This document shows, piece after piece, positions 38,546 to 48,507 of a stretch of 64,000 bases of DNA. The stretch is taken from contig OZ245015.1 in NCBI GenBank assembly GCA_965223705.1, positions 2,176,001 through 2,240,000 on the forward strand, read 5' to 3'. The DNA is from Myxococcota bacterium (GTDB taxonomy: Bacteria; Myxococcota_A; UBA9160; UBA6930). How positions within the stretch are numbered: the first letter of the stretch is position 1; each line of letters opens with the position of its first letter. The position numbers and the translations under genes are program-made. The notes under the pieces are model-generated. The model was not told the origin of the DNA. It worked only from the letters and a program-made list of their open reading frames with translations, and ran no database searches.

Positions 38546-39562
38546 CTAGGCGCGGAAAGCCGAAGCCAGGTTGAACATTGGCTCGTAGATCTCGTCGGGG
38601 CCTTCCGCCGGAGGAGGCGCGACATTGAGGCACACCACCTCATCGACGACGCCTTCGTAGGAGGCAAGCCGATTGCGACATTCGTCCGGGGTGCCGGCAA
38701 TCGCGACGCGGTCGATGCACTCATCGGGAATGGCGTCGACCGCACGGTCGAGCTGCCCCGTTGGCACGTACTTCAAAGCCGCGTCGGCGGCCGCAGAGAA
38801 GCCCTGCTCCCGAAGCGTGAACTCGTAGTACGGGTGAGGCAGCGGGTCGAAGAGCCCGCAGATCGCTTCCCGTGCGCGACGGCGCGCACGCTCCCGGTCG
38901 TCGTCGATCGATACCAGCGCCGCGACGAGGAACGAGAGTGCGGAGGGGTCCCGGTCAGCATCGGCCGCGGCCTTACACGCCTCGGGGCGAACGACGTCGC
39001 GGAAATAGTCCGCGGAAATCACGCCGCCGCCCGCAAGGCCGTCGGCACAGCGGCCCGCGACCCGCACCATGCGCGGAAAAACCCCGGCGAGGATCACCGG
39101 AAAAGCGCGGATCGGATCGACGGCGGGAGCCCAGTTCATGCGGTGCACCCTGCCCTCGAACTCGAGGCGTTCGCCCAAGCCGGTCCTTGCGGCCTGACGG
39201 AGAAGCGTGACGTACTCCTCCATCTTGGTGAGCACGCGCTCGTGGGGAATGCCCTGCCATTGCTCGTTGATGAGCTTGTTGCCACCGCCCACGCCCAGAA
39301 CCAAGCGGCCGTCCGAGAGCTCGTCGAGATCCACCGCGGACATCGCCGTCAAGAAAGGGCTGCGGCCATAGGCGTTCAGGACGTAGGGACCCAGGCGGAT
39401 GCGCTCGGTCGCCGTCGCAATCGCCGCAAGGGGGACGAAGGCGCTGCGCCACGCTTCGGTCAGGTAGACCGCGTCGAAGCCGCTCGCTTCCGCGCGCCGA
39501 CCGAGCTTCACCAGATCGGTCATCGCGATGCCGCCGCCCGTAAAGGCGAGGCCCAGATCCAC
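38546..39562 (-). CDS. LLM class flavin/F420-dependent oxidoreductase (Mer-like)
   Basis: AEASGFD, AIATATERIRLG, LDELSDGRLVLGVG, IAGTPDEC. Confidence 0.9.
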   Translation of the reverse strand: MDLGLAFTGGGIAMTDLVKLGRRAEASGFDAVYLTEAWRSAFVPLAAIATATERIRLGPYVLNAYGRSPFLTAMSAVDLDELSDGRLVLGVGGGNKLINEQWQGIPHERVLTKMEEYVTLLRQAARTGLGERLEFEGRVHRMNWAPAVDPIRAFPVILAGVFPRMVRVAGRCADGLAGGGVISADYFRDVVRPEACKAAADADRDPSALSFLVAALVSIDDDRERARRRAREAICGLFDPLPHPYYEFTLREQGFSAAADAALKYVPTGQLDRAVDAIPDECIDRVAIAGTPDECRNRLASYEGVVDEVVCLNVAPPPAEGPDEIYEPMFNLASAFRA

Positions 39563-39573
39563 GGCGCGGCGCC

Positions 39574-39999
39574 TCAGATGCCCAGGGCTTTGCGAATCCC
39601 CGCGACGCCGCCGACATAGATGCCTTGGACCATCTTCTCGGCTTCTTCCACGGAACCGATAGGCTCAAACGTGCTCTGCCAATCCACCTGGCATTGGTCG
39701 GCGCCGAGCTCGGTCACCTTGGCGGTGGCGACATAGTCTTTTACCGGAAGCGGGCACTCGCCGATGATCGCGTACGTGAAACGGCGTGCGCTCGCGTCGA
39801 TCGCTTCGAGCCGCTCGCGGATCACGGCACCATCGGCGAGGGTCAAGGTGCGGACCGCACCGGCGCTGTTTCCGTCGGACTCGCAGCTCTTGATGAGATT
39901 CGGGTCCGCCCATTTATCCACGCCGCCAAAGTCAGCCATGATCTGCCAGACCTGGTCTGCGGACGCCGCCACTTGTTCCTGAACGTTGACACTTGCCAT
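39574..39999 (-). CDS. SRPBCC family protein
   Basis: ASADQVWQIMADFGG, GAVRTLTL, ERLE, YAI...LPV; AAGGAG RBS. Confidence 0.85.
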   Translation of the reverse strand: MASVNVQEQVAASADQVWQIMADFGGVDKWADPNLIKSCESDGNSAGAVRTLTLADGAVIRERLEAIDASARRFTYAIIGECPLPVKDYVATAKVTELGADQCQVDWQSTFEPIGSVEEAEKMVQGIYVGGVAGIRKALGI

Positions 40000-40086
40000 G
40001 GTCACTCCTTGTTGTCGGGTGCCTCAGGATACACCTGGCAGCCTCCTTCAGGGAACGAAAGCCACGGCAGCGTGCTGCGGCGGCTC

Positions 40087-40431
40087 TCACCCGCGCAGCA
40101 TCCAAGCGATGCCAGCGCTCGCCGCGATGATGATCAGAAGTGACCCGAAGCCCGCGAGGAACGCGCCCGCAGCGATGAGACGCAGGAGGCTCGAAGCCGC
40201 AAAGAAGGCGCCCGTGGCGATCGCGGCATGGAAGGCCCACCGACGATCGAGCAGTGCGCCGAGTGCTGTCCCCAACGCGGCCACGCCCTGCATCGCATAG
40301 AGGGACAGCAGGTAGGCGCCTCCCCCTTCCGGATGAAGTACCCACCCAATGCCGGCGCCGGCCACGACGGACCCGGCGAAGCTTATCGCAAACAAGATCT
40401 GCCAGATCGGGCGATCCACCGGGTCGCTCAA
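40087..40431 (-). CDS. Small hypothetical membrane protein
   Basis: About four hydrophobic segments; TTG overlaps upstream stop. Confidence 0.6.
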   Translation of the reverse strand: MSDPVDRPIWQILFAISFAGSVVAGAGIGWVLHPEGGGAYLLSLYAMQGVAALGTALGALLDRRWAFHAAIATGAFFAASSLLRLIAAGAFLAGFGSLLIIIAASAGIAWMLRG

Positions 40432-41069
40432 AGTGACTCGAGCTCGCGGATCAAGTCTTCTGTCGTCACCTGTCGGCAGTAGCCGCGTATCGCTCGCAAC
40501 GAGTGATCATGTCGTTCCTGGCTGAAGGTCAGACAGGCATCGGTCACCTGGGTGACGAGGTAGCCGAGATCGCACGCGTCCCGGATGGCGCTCTCGATGC
40601 ACTGGTCGGTGACGAGCCCGGCGATCGCGAGCTGGCGGACGCCTAAGTTGCGCAGCAGGTAGTCGAGATGGGTCGAGATGAAGACCGACGACGAGGTCTT
40701 CGGCAGGACGATCTCGTCGCCTTCCGGAGCGATTTCATCGAGGACCTTGGCGTCCCAAGAGCCTTTGGGGACGTGAAAGCCCGTGATCTTGTAGTCGAGT
40801 GAGCGATCGCGGCCATCGAGCGTCAAGCTTTCGATTGTCGTGTAGAGAACCTCGACACCCGCCTGTCGGCAGGCGGCCTGAACCGCCTGCATGTTGGGCA
40901 AGACGCGGGTTTCGAGCTGCTCGAAGAACCACCCGTACTTGGCCTCGAAGGTCGCTGCGCTTACGTCCTTGAACTCCCCACCTCGGCGATGGGCGGCGAA
41001 GTTCTGTACGTCGATGAACAGCAGGGCCGATTGGGCGGGGACGAGGGGTACGTCGCGGGTCAACGACAT
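40428..41069 (-). CDS. Isochorismatase family cysteine hydrolase
   Basis: ALLFIDVQN, K..SSVF.ST, GLVTDQCIESAIRDACDLGY. Confidence 0.92.
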   Translation of the reverse strand: MSLTRDVPLVPAQSALLFIDVQNFAAHRRGGEFKDVSAATFEAKYGWFFEQLETRVLPNMQAVQAACRQAGVEVLYTTIESLTLDGRDRSLDYKITGFHVPKGSWDAKVLDEIAPEGDEIVLPKTSSSVFISTHLDYLLRNLGVRQLAIAGLVTDQCIESAIRDACDLGYLVTQVTDACLTFSQERHDHSLRAIRGYCRQVTTEDLIRELESL

Positions 41070-41160
41070 GGCGTCGCTCCGATATTTCGCACGTTGCCCT
41101 TCGGCGCCGAATCGCTCACGATCGGCAGAGCATACTTCGATCTCGCGAGGTTCGATGCCT

Positions 41161-42492
41161 ATGGAACACGACGAAACCGCGCGCGACGTGAAGCAGCCCA
41201 TGACCTTCGTCGGCACGTCCGATCTGTCGGGCATCGTGCGCGGCAAGTCGTTCCCGACCCGCGAGTGGAAGTGGCGCGCGAAGCGCGGCGTCGGCTGGAC
41301 CCCGACCAACGTCCAGATCACCTGCTTCGACACGATCGCCGAAAGCCCCTTTGGCGCCTTGGGAGACCTCGCGCTGGTGCCCGACCCCGCGGCCCGCGTC
41401 ACGCTCGAGGGCGGAGGCGACGTCTTCGACTTCGCCCTGGGTGACATCGCGAACCTCGACGGTACGGCTTGGCCCTTCTGTACACGGTCGTTGGCGAGGC
41501 GCGCGCTCGATGAGCTCCACGCTCTTTGCGGCGCGACCCCTGTCGCCGCCTTCGAGCACGAGTTTCAGATCGCCGATCAGCCCCCGCGCCGCGGCGACAG
41601 CTACGGGATCAAGGGCTACCGCGACGCGAAGCGATGGGCGGCTCCCTATATCGATGCGCTTGCGGCTGCGGGGCTGCGACCCGACACGTTCATGAAGGAG
41701 TACGGGCCCGGGCAGTACGAGATCACGGTGAAGCCGGCCGCCGGCCTCGCCGCACCCGATCAAGCCGTCATTCTGCGTATCCTCACCGACGAGGTGCTGC
41801 GCCGGTATGGCGTGAGACCGACCTTCTCCCCGATTTTGGATCCCGCGGGCGTCGGCAACGGGGTGCACCTCCACATGAGCTTCGTCGACGACGGAGGGTC
41901 GCCGCTCACCTACGATGGAACCGATCCGCAGGGCCTGAGCCGCCTCGCTCGGCATTTCCTCGGCGGTATCCTCGCGCACCTCGACGAGATCCTGGCGCTG
42001 CTCGCGCCCTCGGAGATCAGCTACCTGCGCCTCACCCCGCACCGTTGGAGCGCGGCGTGGAACAACCTCGGCTACCGCGATCGGGAGGCGGCGGTGCGGA
42101 TCTGTCCCGTATCCGCCGTCGACGACGACCCGATCGATCGACAGCTCCACTTCGAGGTCCGCACACTCGATGCCGCCGCGAGCCCGTATCTGGCCTTTGC
42201 GGCGCTGATCTTCGCGGGGTCGCAGGGAATCCGCGACGAAACCGAACCCGGCGCGCCGACCGAAGAGGATCTGTCGCTCCTCGCGCCGGACGATCTGGCG
42301 GCCCGAGGGCTCCGGCGATTGCCGCAGAGTCTCGGAGATGCGCTTGCGCGCATCGGAGCATCTACAGCGGTTCGACGGTGGTTCGGTGACGACTTCGTCG
42401 ATCTCTACGTCGCGCACAAGCGCGGTGAGATGGAGGCCCTTTCAGGCCTCGATGCGGCGGCGAAATGCGATCGTTACAAGGAGGTGTACTGA
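41161..42492 (+). CDS. Glutamine synthetase-like (gamma-glutamyl ligase) protein
   Basis: DLSGIVRGK, AFEHEF, EYGPGQYE, GNGVHLHMS, SYLRL, EVR..DAAASPYL. Confidence 0.9.
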   Translation: MEHDETARDVKQPMTFVGTSDLSGIVRGKSFPTREWKWRAKRGVGWTPTNVQITCFDTIAESPFGALGDLALVPDPAARVTLEGGGDVFDFALGDIANLDGTAWPFCTRSLARRALDELHALCGATPVAAFEHEFQIADQPPRRGDSYGIKGYRDAKRWAAPYIDALAAAGLRPDTFMKEYGPGQYEITVKPAAGLAAPDQAVILRILTDEVLRRYGVRPTFSPILDPAGVGNGVHLHMSFVDDGGSPLTYDGTDPQGLSRLARHFLGGILAHLDEILALLAPSEISYLRLTPHRWSAAWNNLGYRDREAAVRICPVSAVDDDPIDRQLHFEVRTLDAAASPYLAFAALIFAGSQGIRDETEPGAPTEEDLSLLAPDDLAARGLRRLPQSLGDALARIGASTAVRRWFGDDFVDLYVAHKRGEMEALSGLDAAAKCDRYKEVY

Positions 42493-42502
42493 CCCCTCTG
42501 GC

Positions 42503-43414
42503 CTACCGATCCTCCGCAAAGCCCATCTTCCCTTCGAGGCGCTTCAGGATTTCCGGCGAGGTCACGGCGGGTCCGCGCGTCATGAAAAGAACCTCCTTGA
42601 GGGCGTAGTTCGGATACTCGGCGATCATCGCGTCGGCAATCTCCGCCTGCAGCACCTTCGGTTCGGAGACCGCCTCGTACGCGCGCAGGTACTCGATCTG
42701 CTCGTCCAGCACCCGCGCGTCGCCCACCGGGCCGTGACCTGGTACCACGGTGTCGATCTCGAATCTGCGCTTTGTCGCCTCAATGGAACGAATCCACACG
42801 TCGGGGCGATTGAGTCCTCCTCCGATGTAGGCGTGGAACTTGTGGTAGAGCTGGTCCCCGGCCACATACGCCTTGAGCTCGGGCACATAGAACGCCGTCG
42901 CGTGGATCGTTTCCGCGGGTTCGAGGTCGACCACGTCGATGTGGTGCCCTTCGAACGAAAACACGTCGCCGTGAAGCTCCTCGATCTCCGGGAGCGCGCT
43001 CGGCACTTCGTCACGATAGACCTCCGACCAGCGCAGGAGACGGGCGCGAAACTCCAGCTCGATCTCCTGTTTGATCGCGGGGCGGGCATAGATCACCGCA
43101 TCCGGATACCGCTTCTTCACTTCCACGACGCCCCAAACGTGATCCGGGTGGCCGTGAGTCAGCAGGATCGCCGTGAGCTCCCGCTTCGTCGCTTCGAGCG
43201 CCGCGACGAGCTCGCGGGCATCCGTCGCCTGAAACTGGGCGTCGATCAGCAACGCCCGGGTCGGGGTCAGCAAGATCGCCGAATTGGCGAGGGGCATTCG
43301 CTTGCCCAGATGGACCTGAAGCTCGAGCGGTTCCGCCTGTGCCCATGGCGTGGTGGCCGCCAGTGCCCACAGGATGGAGGTCCCGAGCGCGAAGCTTCTC
43401 CAGAAGGTAACCAT
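42503..43414 (-). CDS. Secreted MBL-fold metallo-hydrolase
   Basis: Signal peptide; LIDAQF, THGHPDH, VAGD, VPGHG. Confidence 0.88.
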   Translation of the reverse strand: MVTFWRSFALGTSILWALAATTPWAQAEPLELQVHLGKRMPLANSAILLTPTRALLIDAQFQATDARELVAALEATKRELTAILLTHGHPDHVWGVVEVKKRYPDAVIYARPAIKQEIELEFRARLLRWSEVYRDEVPSALPEIEELHGDVFSFEGHHIDVVDLEPAETIHATAFYVPELKAYVAGDQLYHKFHAYIGGGLNRPDVWIRSIEATKRRFEIDTVVPGHGPVGDARVLDEQIEYLRAYEAVSEPKVLQAEIADAMIAEYPNYALKEVLFMTRGPAVTSPEILKRLEGKMGFAEDR

Positions 43415-43572
43415 GCGCGTCTTCCTTGAGGTTGTGGTGATCGCAGAGCCACGATGTGGGTTCCGCCGGATCCGCGCAAGCGAGCGAGCAACCAGGATCA
43501 CCGGGGTGTGAAAGCGCTACGCTAACCCTAAACAGCGCCCTCCCGACAGGAGGGCCATCGGGAGAACAAGCC

Positions 43573-44703
43573 ATGGAGTCGATCGTTCAGGGCGGCTGTA
43601 TTTCCGCGGATTCTCACATCATGGAGGCCCACGACACATACTTGGGCACGATCGACAAGAAATACCGGGACCGCGCGCCGCGAATCGAAACCGATGCAAA
43701 GGGGAACGACATCTTCGTGATCCCGGGGATGACGGACCAGATTCCGCTCGGTCTCGTTGCCGGGGCCGGAGTTCCGTCCGAGAAACTGGCCGAGCGACAC
43801 GAGGGGTCGAAGTTCGAGGATCTGCACAAGAGCGGCTACGACTCGAGCTACCGCGTTGCGGATCAGGAACGCGACGGAATCGCGGGCGAGATCCTCTACG
43901 CCTCGGTGGGCATGGTGCTATGCAACCACCCGGACTTCGCGTACAAAGACGCTTGCTTCGACGCCTACAACCGTTGGCTGGCCGCCTACTGCTCCGGCGC
44001 GCCCGACCGGCTCTTCGGCCTGGCGCAGACGGCGGTGAGTTCCGTCGACCGCGCGATCGAGGATGTGAGGCGCGCCAAGGAGATGGGCTTCGTCGGCATG
44101 ATGATGCCGGGGAACCCCCAGCACGAAGATTACGATCAGCCGATGTACGACCCGCTGTGGGAGTGCGCCGCCGATCTCGAGATGCCGATCTGTTTCCACA
44201 TCCTCACCTCGAAGGGTTCGGACATCAACACAGTCTTCAACGGCGCCCGAGGCAACAAGATCAACGGCTTCATGAACATCATTCGCGGGGTCCAGGACAT
44301 CATCGGTCTGTTCGTGTTGGGCGGCGTCTTCGACCGCCACCCCACCCTCAAGATGGTGTGCGCCGAGGGCGACGCCGGCTGGCTTCCCCACTACATGTAC
44401 CGGATGGACCACGCCTACGATCGGCACGGGTTCCACATCGGCTCGCGCGATCTCAGCCGGCCGCCGAGCCACTACATCCGCGAGAATCTGTACTTCACCT
44501 TCCAGGACGATTGGATCGCGTTCAAGAACACCGACGAGATGAACCCGAAACGCCTGGTCTGGGCCAACGACTTCCCACACAGCGATGCCACCTGGCCCCA
44601 CAGTCAGAAGCTGCTTAGCGAACATACCCAGTGTCTTGGCGAGGAGGAGCGGCGCTGGATCCTTCGCGACAACGTCAAAGAACTCTTCCACCTCCCCTGC
44701 TGA
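43573..44703 (+). CDS. Amidohydrolase_2 family metal-dependent hydrolase
   Basis: SADSHIME, YNRWL, PICFH, GVFDRHP.LK...EGDAGW, WANDFPHSD.TWP. Confidence 0.9.
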   Translation: MESIVQGGCISADSHIMEAHDTYLGTIDKKYRDRAPRIETDAKGNDIFVIPGMTDQIPLGLVAGAGVPSEKLAERHEGSKFEDLHKSGYDSSYRVADQERDGIAGEILYASVGMVLCNHPDFAYKDACFDAYNRWLAAYCSGAPDRLFGLAQTAVSSVDRAIEDVRRAKEMGFVGMMMPGNPQHEDYDQPMYDPLWECAADLEMPICFHILTSKGSDINTVFNGARGNKINGFMNIIRGVQDIIGLFVLGGVFDRHPTLKMVCAEGDAGWLPHYMYRMDHAYDRHGFHIGSRDLSRPPSHYIRENLYFTFQDDWIAFKNTDEMNPKRLVWANDFPHSDATWPHSQKLLSEHTQCLGEEERRWILRDNVKELFHLPC

Positions 44704-44719
44704 GCTGAAAGGAGCGGTC

Positions 44720-45097
44720 ATGAGTGAAGCCAACCGCGAACGCGTGACCGCGTTCTGCCATGCGTTGTTGAAGGGGACCGACGAGGTGGTCACCTTCCTC
44801 GCCGAAGACGTCTACTACCACAACATGCCGTGGCCGCCCGTGACGGGGCACGCGGGCGTGCGGGAAGTGCTCTCCCCCCTGATCGATGCCGATCCCTGCG
44901 CGCTCAGAAAGATGGAGATCCATCACACCGTAGCCGAGGGCGACCTCGTGATGAACGCCCGCGACGAGACTTGGGAGCACAAGGGCGTCAAGGTGGTGCT
45001 GCCGGTGGCGGGTGTCTTTCAACTCCGGGACGGCATCATCACGCGCTGGAGCGACTACTTCGACGTCGCAACGATCCAGCCCCTTCTCGACGCCTAG
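44720..45097 (+). CDS. Limonene-1,2-epoxide hydrolase / SnoaL-like protein
   Basis: YHNMPW, VMNARDE, LPVAGVF...G.I..WSDYFD; AAAGGAG RBS. Confidence 0.85.
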   Translation: MSEANRERVTAFCHALLKGTDEVVTFLAEDVYYHNMPWPPVTGHAGVREVLSPLIDADPCALRKMEIHHTVAEGDLVMNARDETWEHKGVKVVLPVAGVFQLRDGIITRWSDYFDVATIQPLLDA

Positions 45098-45207
45098 CGT
45101 AGAGCGAATTCGGGTTCCCAACCCGCGCCGGTGAGCGCTGCGCGGCGAGACTTTCGCGACGCATCGCGCCCGCTATGTTCGGAGGCGGACGGGTTGGGGG
45201 GTAGGCC

Positions 45208-45951
45208 ATGACACGTGCGCGTCGCGTACGTTCGGTGAATTGGATCGGGGTCGCGCTTGTCGCTGCGCTGAGCGCGAATTCCGCGGATGCGCTGCTTATC
45301 GACGGAGATTTCTCACTCGCGACGGGCGGCAGTGTGACCAGCAATAGCGCGTGGTCCCTCACGGCGAGTACGCCGGACGGCGCCAATCTGGCCGCGCAGT
45401 TCCAAACTGGCTTCGCCAACGCCCAGAACACCGGCGTGGGCGGCTCACAGCCTCCCGGGACCGGCACCGGAGTCTGGTTTCGATCCTTTGAAGGAAACCA
45501 GGCGGGCGGCGGCGATCCCTTGGCCCAGGCCGTCCTCACCCAGTCGATCGTCGCTCCGCAGAACAGCGGATACCTCCTCAGTTTTGTCGCCGGGCGCGAA
45601 GCGAACTTCACCGCTCGAGTGTTCGCGGTCACGCTCTCGACGAACAGCCAATCGGTGACCGTCGACCTGCTCGCTGCGGCCATTCCGGACGGGAACCTCG
45701 GCGGCGCCGCGAGTGGGAACCCGGGCGGTACGCCCTTCGCCTTGTTCCTTCCCGGTGTGTCGGCGGGCGAGGTACTCACCGTGACGGCCGTGATGCTCGA
45801 CGGAGAAGATTCCCAGGTTCCGGGGGGTCAGAGCGCGTTTCTCGACGGATTTGCGGTGGCCGTTCCGGAGCCTGCGACCGCATTGTTCCTCTTTGCGGGC
45901 ATCGTCGGGCTCTCCCTTCGACGGCAGGGGTACGCGCGCCAACGCTCGTGA
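45208..45951 (+). CDS. PEP-CTERM sorting domain protein
   Basis: Signal peptide; VPEPATALFLFAGIVGLSLRR. Confidence 0.88.
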   Translation: MTRARRVRSVNWIGVALVAALSANSADALLIDGDFSLATGGSVTSNSAWSLTASTPDGANLAAQFQTGFANAQNTGVGGSQPPGTGTGVWFRSFEGNQAGGGDPLAQAVLTQSIVAPQNSGYLLSFVAGREANFTARVFAVTLSTNSQSVTVDLLAAAIPDGNLGGAASGNPGGTPFALFLPGVSAGEVLTVTAVMLDGEDSQVPGGQSAFLDGFAVAVPEPATALFLFAGIVGLSLRRQGYARQRS

Positions 45952-46006
45952 CAGCCCCGCATCGGATACCATCGCTTCCCCACGTTTCTTGAAGCGAGGA
46001 GCCGCG

Positions 46007-46573
46007 ATGGCCCGAATTGAACCGATCGATCCCGACAAAGCTCCGGAGCCCCTCGGCAAGCTGCTCCACGCGCTGCCGCCGCTCAACATCATCCGCACGG
46101 TGGCGCTGGCGGAAAGCCACGCCGAGCCTTTCCTGCGCTTCGGAACCTCGGTGCTTACCGAGCAGCAGCTCTCGGGGCATTTGCGCGAGCTCGCGATCCT
46201 GCGCGTCGCCCGGCTCTCGGAGGCGGAATACGAGTGGGTCCAGCACGTGCCGATCGCACTCGACGCGGGCGCGAGCCAGGCACAAGTCGACGCGCTCGCC
46301 GAAGATCGACCCGACGCCGACTGCTTCGACCGCGAGGAGCGCGCCGTTCTCGACTTCACCACGGACGTGGTGCGCAACGTCGGTTCAAGTGATGCCAGCC
46401 ATGACGCTGTTGCCGCGTTCCTATCCGACCGCGAGATCGTGGAGCTGGTGATCGCGATCGGCTTCTACATGATGGTGGCCCGCGTGATGGAATGTGCGCA
46501 GATTGATCTCGACCCGCCGGCGGGTGCGTCGATCCTCGCCGACACTGCCGCGGCGGTGCGCGGGAGGCGCTAA
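46007..46573 (+). CDS. Carboxymuconolactone decarboxylase (AhpD-like) family protein
   Basis: LNIIRT, LRELAILRVA, YEWVQH, EIVEL...GFY; GAGGAG RBS. Confidence 0.88.
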   Translation: MARIEPIDPDKAPEPLGKLLHALPPLNIIRTVALAESHAEPFLRFGTSVLTEQQLSGHLRELAILRVARLSEAEYEWVQHVPIALDAGASQAQVDALAEDRPDADCFDREERAVLDFTTDVVRNVGSSDASHDAVAAFLSDREIVELVIAIGFYMMVARVMECAQIDLDPPAGASILADTAAAVRGRR

Positions 46574-47030
46574 ATCGAGATTCGGTTCGCGAGAGAGTCG
46601 GAGGCCGTCCTTGTCTCGGAGCTCGCATTCCGCTCCAAGGCGCACTGGGGCTACACGTCCGATGAAATGTCGGTGTTTCGCGCGGAGCTGACTCTCTCCC
46701 CACGAGACCTCGCGACTGGCAGAATTCACGTCCTGGAAGAGTCGGGGTCCATTCTTGGCTTCTACTCACTGGTTTCTCGCGCGCACCCTCGGGTCGAGCT
46801 CGAGCATCTGTTCATTGAGCCGACGGAACTCGGCCGCGGGCTTGGTACGGCCCTCTTCCGACATGCGTGCGGCGTGGCTCGCCGAATGGGATTCGAGATG
46901 CTCGTTATCCAAAGCGATCCGAACGCAGCCGGCTTCTACGCTCGATTGGGCGCGCGGAAGCTGCGAGATATTTCTTCGAGTCTTCCCGGGCGCTTCATTC
47001 CGTACTTCGAGCTTTCGTTGTCCGACGAGG
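46574..47030 (+). CDS. GNAT acetyltransferase domain (no canonical start at its N-terminus; no stop before next gene)
   Basis: IEIRFARESEA...LAFRSKAHWGY, ELEHLFIEP..LGRGLG, SDPNAAGFY..LGA. Confidence 0.7.
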
Positions 47031-47092
47031 ACTTCACGATTGGATCGGCGTCGGGTTACCTTTTCCCGTCTGATGGCTTGAGGAGAGAACGC

Positions 47093-47518
47093 GTGAACGC
47101 CCCAATTTCGCACGACGTGTCCGAGTTCATCGGGCGGCCGCTGACGGGCGTCCTCGCATGGACGTCGCCTTCCGGGGAGCCGCGCTCGACCCCCATGAAC
47201 TACGTCTGGGAAGACGGCGCCCTCTGGTTTACAACGGGAGCGAACTCCGCCAAGGCCCGTGCGCTGAAAAGGCAGCCCGTCATATCCTTCTCGATTCCGA
47301 GTGAGGCGAGCTCGCCTCCCGCGCGCGCCGTCACGGTCCGCGGAATCGCCGAGATTTCGGATTGGGATCCCGAACGCCAACTTCGCGCGTTCATGCGCTA
47401 TGGGCTGCCCAGGCGCGAGGCAGAGGAGATGCGAGCCGGGTACTCCGCTGCCATGGATCTGGTTTCGATTCGCCTGGTACCGACCAAGATCTCGACGTTC
47501 GGATTCGACGCGGCGTAG
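47093..47518 (+). CDS. Pyridoxamine 5'-phosphate oxidase-like (split-barrel flavin/F420-binding) protein
   Basis: AGGAG RBS + GTG; GEPRSTPMNY, WFTT...AKARAL...P, VTVRGIAE. Confidence 0.8.
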   Translation: MNAPISHDVSEFIGRPLTGVLAWTSPSGEPRSTPMNYVWEDGALWFTTGANSAKARALKRQPVISFSIPSEASSPPARAVTVRGIAEISDWDPERQLRAFMRYGLPRREAEEMRAGYSAAMDLVSIRLVPTKISTFGFDAA

Positions 47519-47554
47519 GCGCTCCAGTGCAAAGCGTTGGGTCGGCGGAAGAAG

Positions 47555-48433
47555 CTATCGGCCGGCGAGAAGCAGAAAGCGATCCATTCTCCGCTTGCGC
47601 TCGTCGATACCCGCTCCGAGGTTGAAGTCCGGCAGGACGAACTCGTGCACGCCGGCGTCTCGATAAGCCGCGAGGGCCTCCCGGATCGCCTCTTCCCCGG
47701 GACCGATCGTCGCCGGCATGGGCAGCTTCGGTTGATCGCCGTCGCCGAAATCGACGAGTGCTACCGCCGAGCGCTGGATCGCCTCGGGCGCACGTCCTAA
47801 CTCGCCGCAGTGCTTGTCGAGCACCGCCATCTTGTGGCGCAGCACATCGGGCGTACCCCAGACGTTCCACTCGTCGGCGTGCTCGGCGACGATGCGGAGT
47901 GTCACGCGCTCGCCTCCGCCACCGATCATGAGCGGGAGCCGCTCCTGCACCGGCTTGGGTTCACACGGGGCCTCGGTGATCTGGTAGTGCTTGCCGGCGA
48001 AGCTCGTGCGCGATTGACGAAGCAGGCCCTGCACGACGTGGCAGGCTTCGTCGAGACGCTCGAGGCGTTCGCCGATCTCGAAGAGGGGGATGCCGTAGGC
48101 TTGGTGTTCGTTCTCCTGCCAGCCGGCGCCGAGCCCCAGCACGAAGCGACCGCCCGAGATCTGATCGGCGCCCGCCGCCATCTTGGCCACGACAGCGGGG
48201 TGACGATAGGTGTTGCCCAGCACCAGATGGCCGATGCGCACGCGCGGAACGCTGGCGGCGAGCGCGCTCACCACCGTCCAGCTCTCGTTCACAGGGCCGC
48301 CGATGTCGGTGCGCGTCGGCATGAAGTGGTCGGCGTACCAGAGGCCGTCCCAGCCGGTGACTTCGGCGTGTCGGCAGAGATCTTGTAGTTCGTTCCAGGG
48401 CGTAGCGGGGCCGGGCCAGAAACCGAGTCGCAT
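47555..48433 (-). CDS. LLM class F420-dependent oxidoreductase
   Basis: WYADHFMP, YRHPAVVAKMA, SGGRFVLGLGAGW, PKPVQ, IGGGGERVTL. Confidence 0.9.
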   Translation of the reverse strand: MRLGFWPGPATPWNELQDLCRHAEVTGWDGLWYADHFMPTRTDIGGPVNESWTVVSALAASVPRVRIGHLVLGNTYRHPAVVAKMAAGADQISGGRFVLGLGAGWQENEHQAYGIPLFEIGERLERLDEACHVVQGLLRQSRTSFAGKHYQITEAPCEPKPVQERLPLMIGGGGERVTLRIVAEHADEWNVWGTPDVLRHKMAVLDKHCGELGRAPEAIQRSAVALVDFGDGDQPKLPMPATIGPGEEAIREALAAYRDAGVHEFVLPDFNLGAGIDERKRRMDRFLLLAGR

Positions 48434-48507
48434 GGCGAGTTCCTCAGCGAAGTTCGACGCGAGACGCTAGCTCACTTCGCTCGGGTGCCTTCGCTGCGAA
48501 AAACTCC

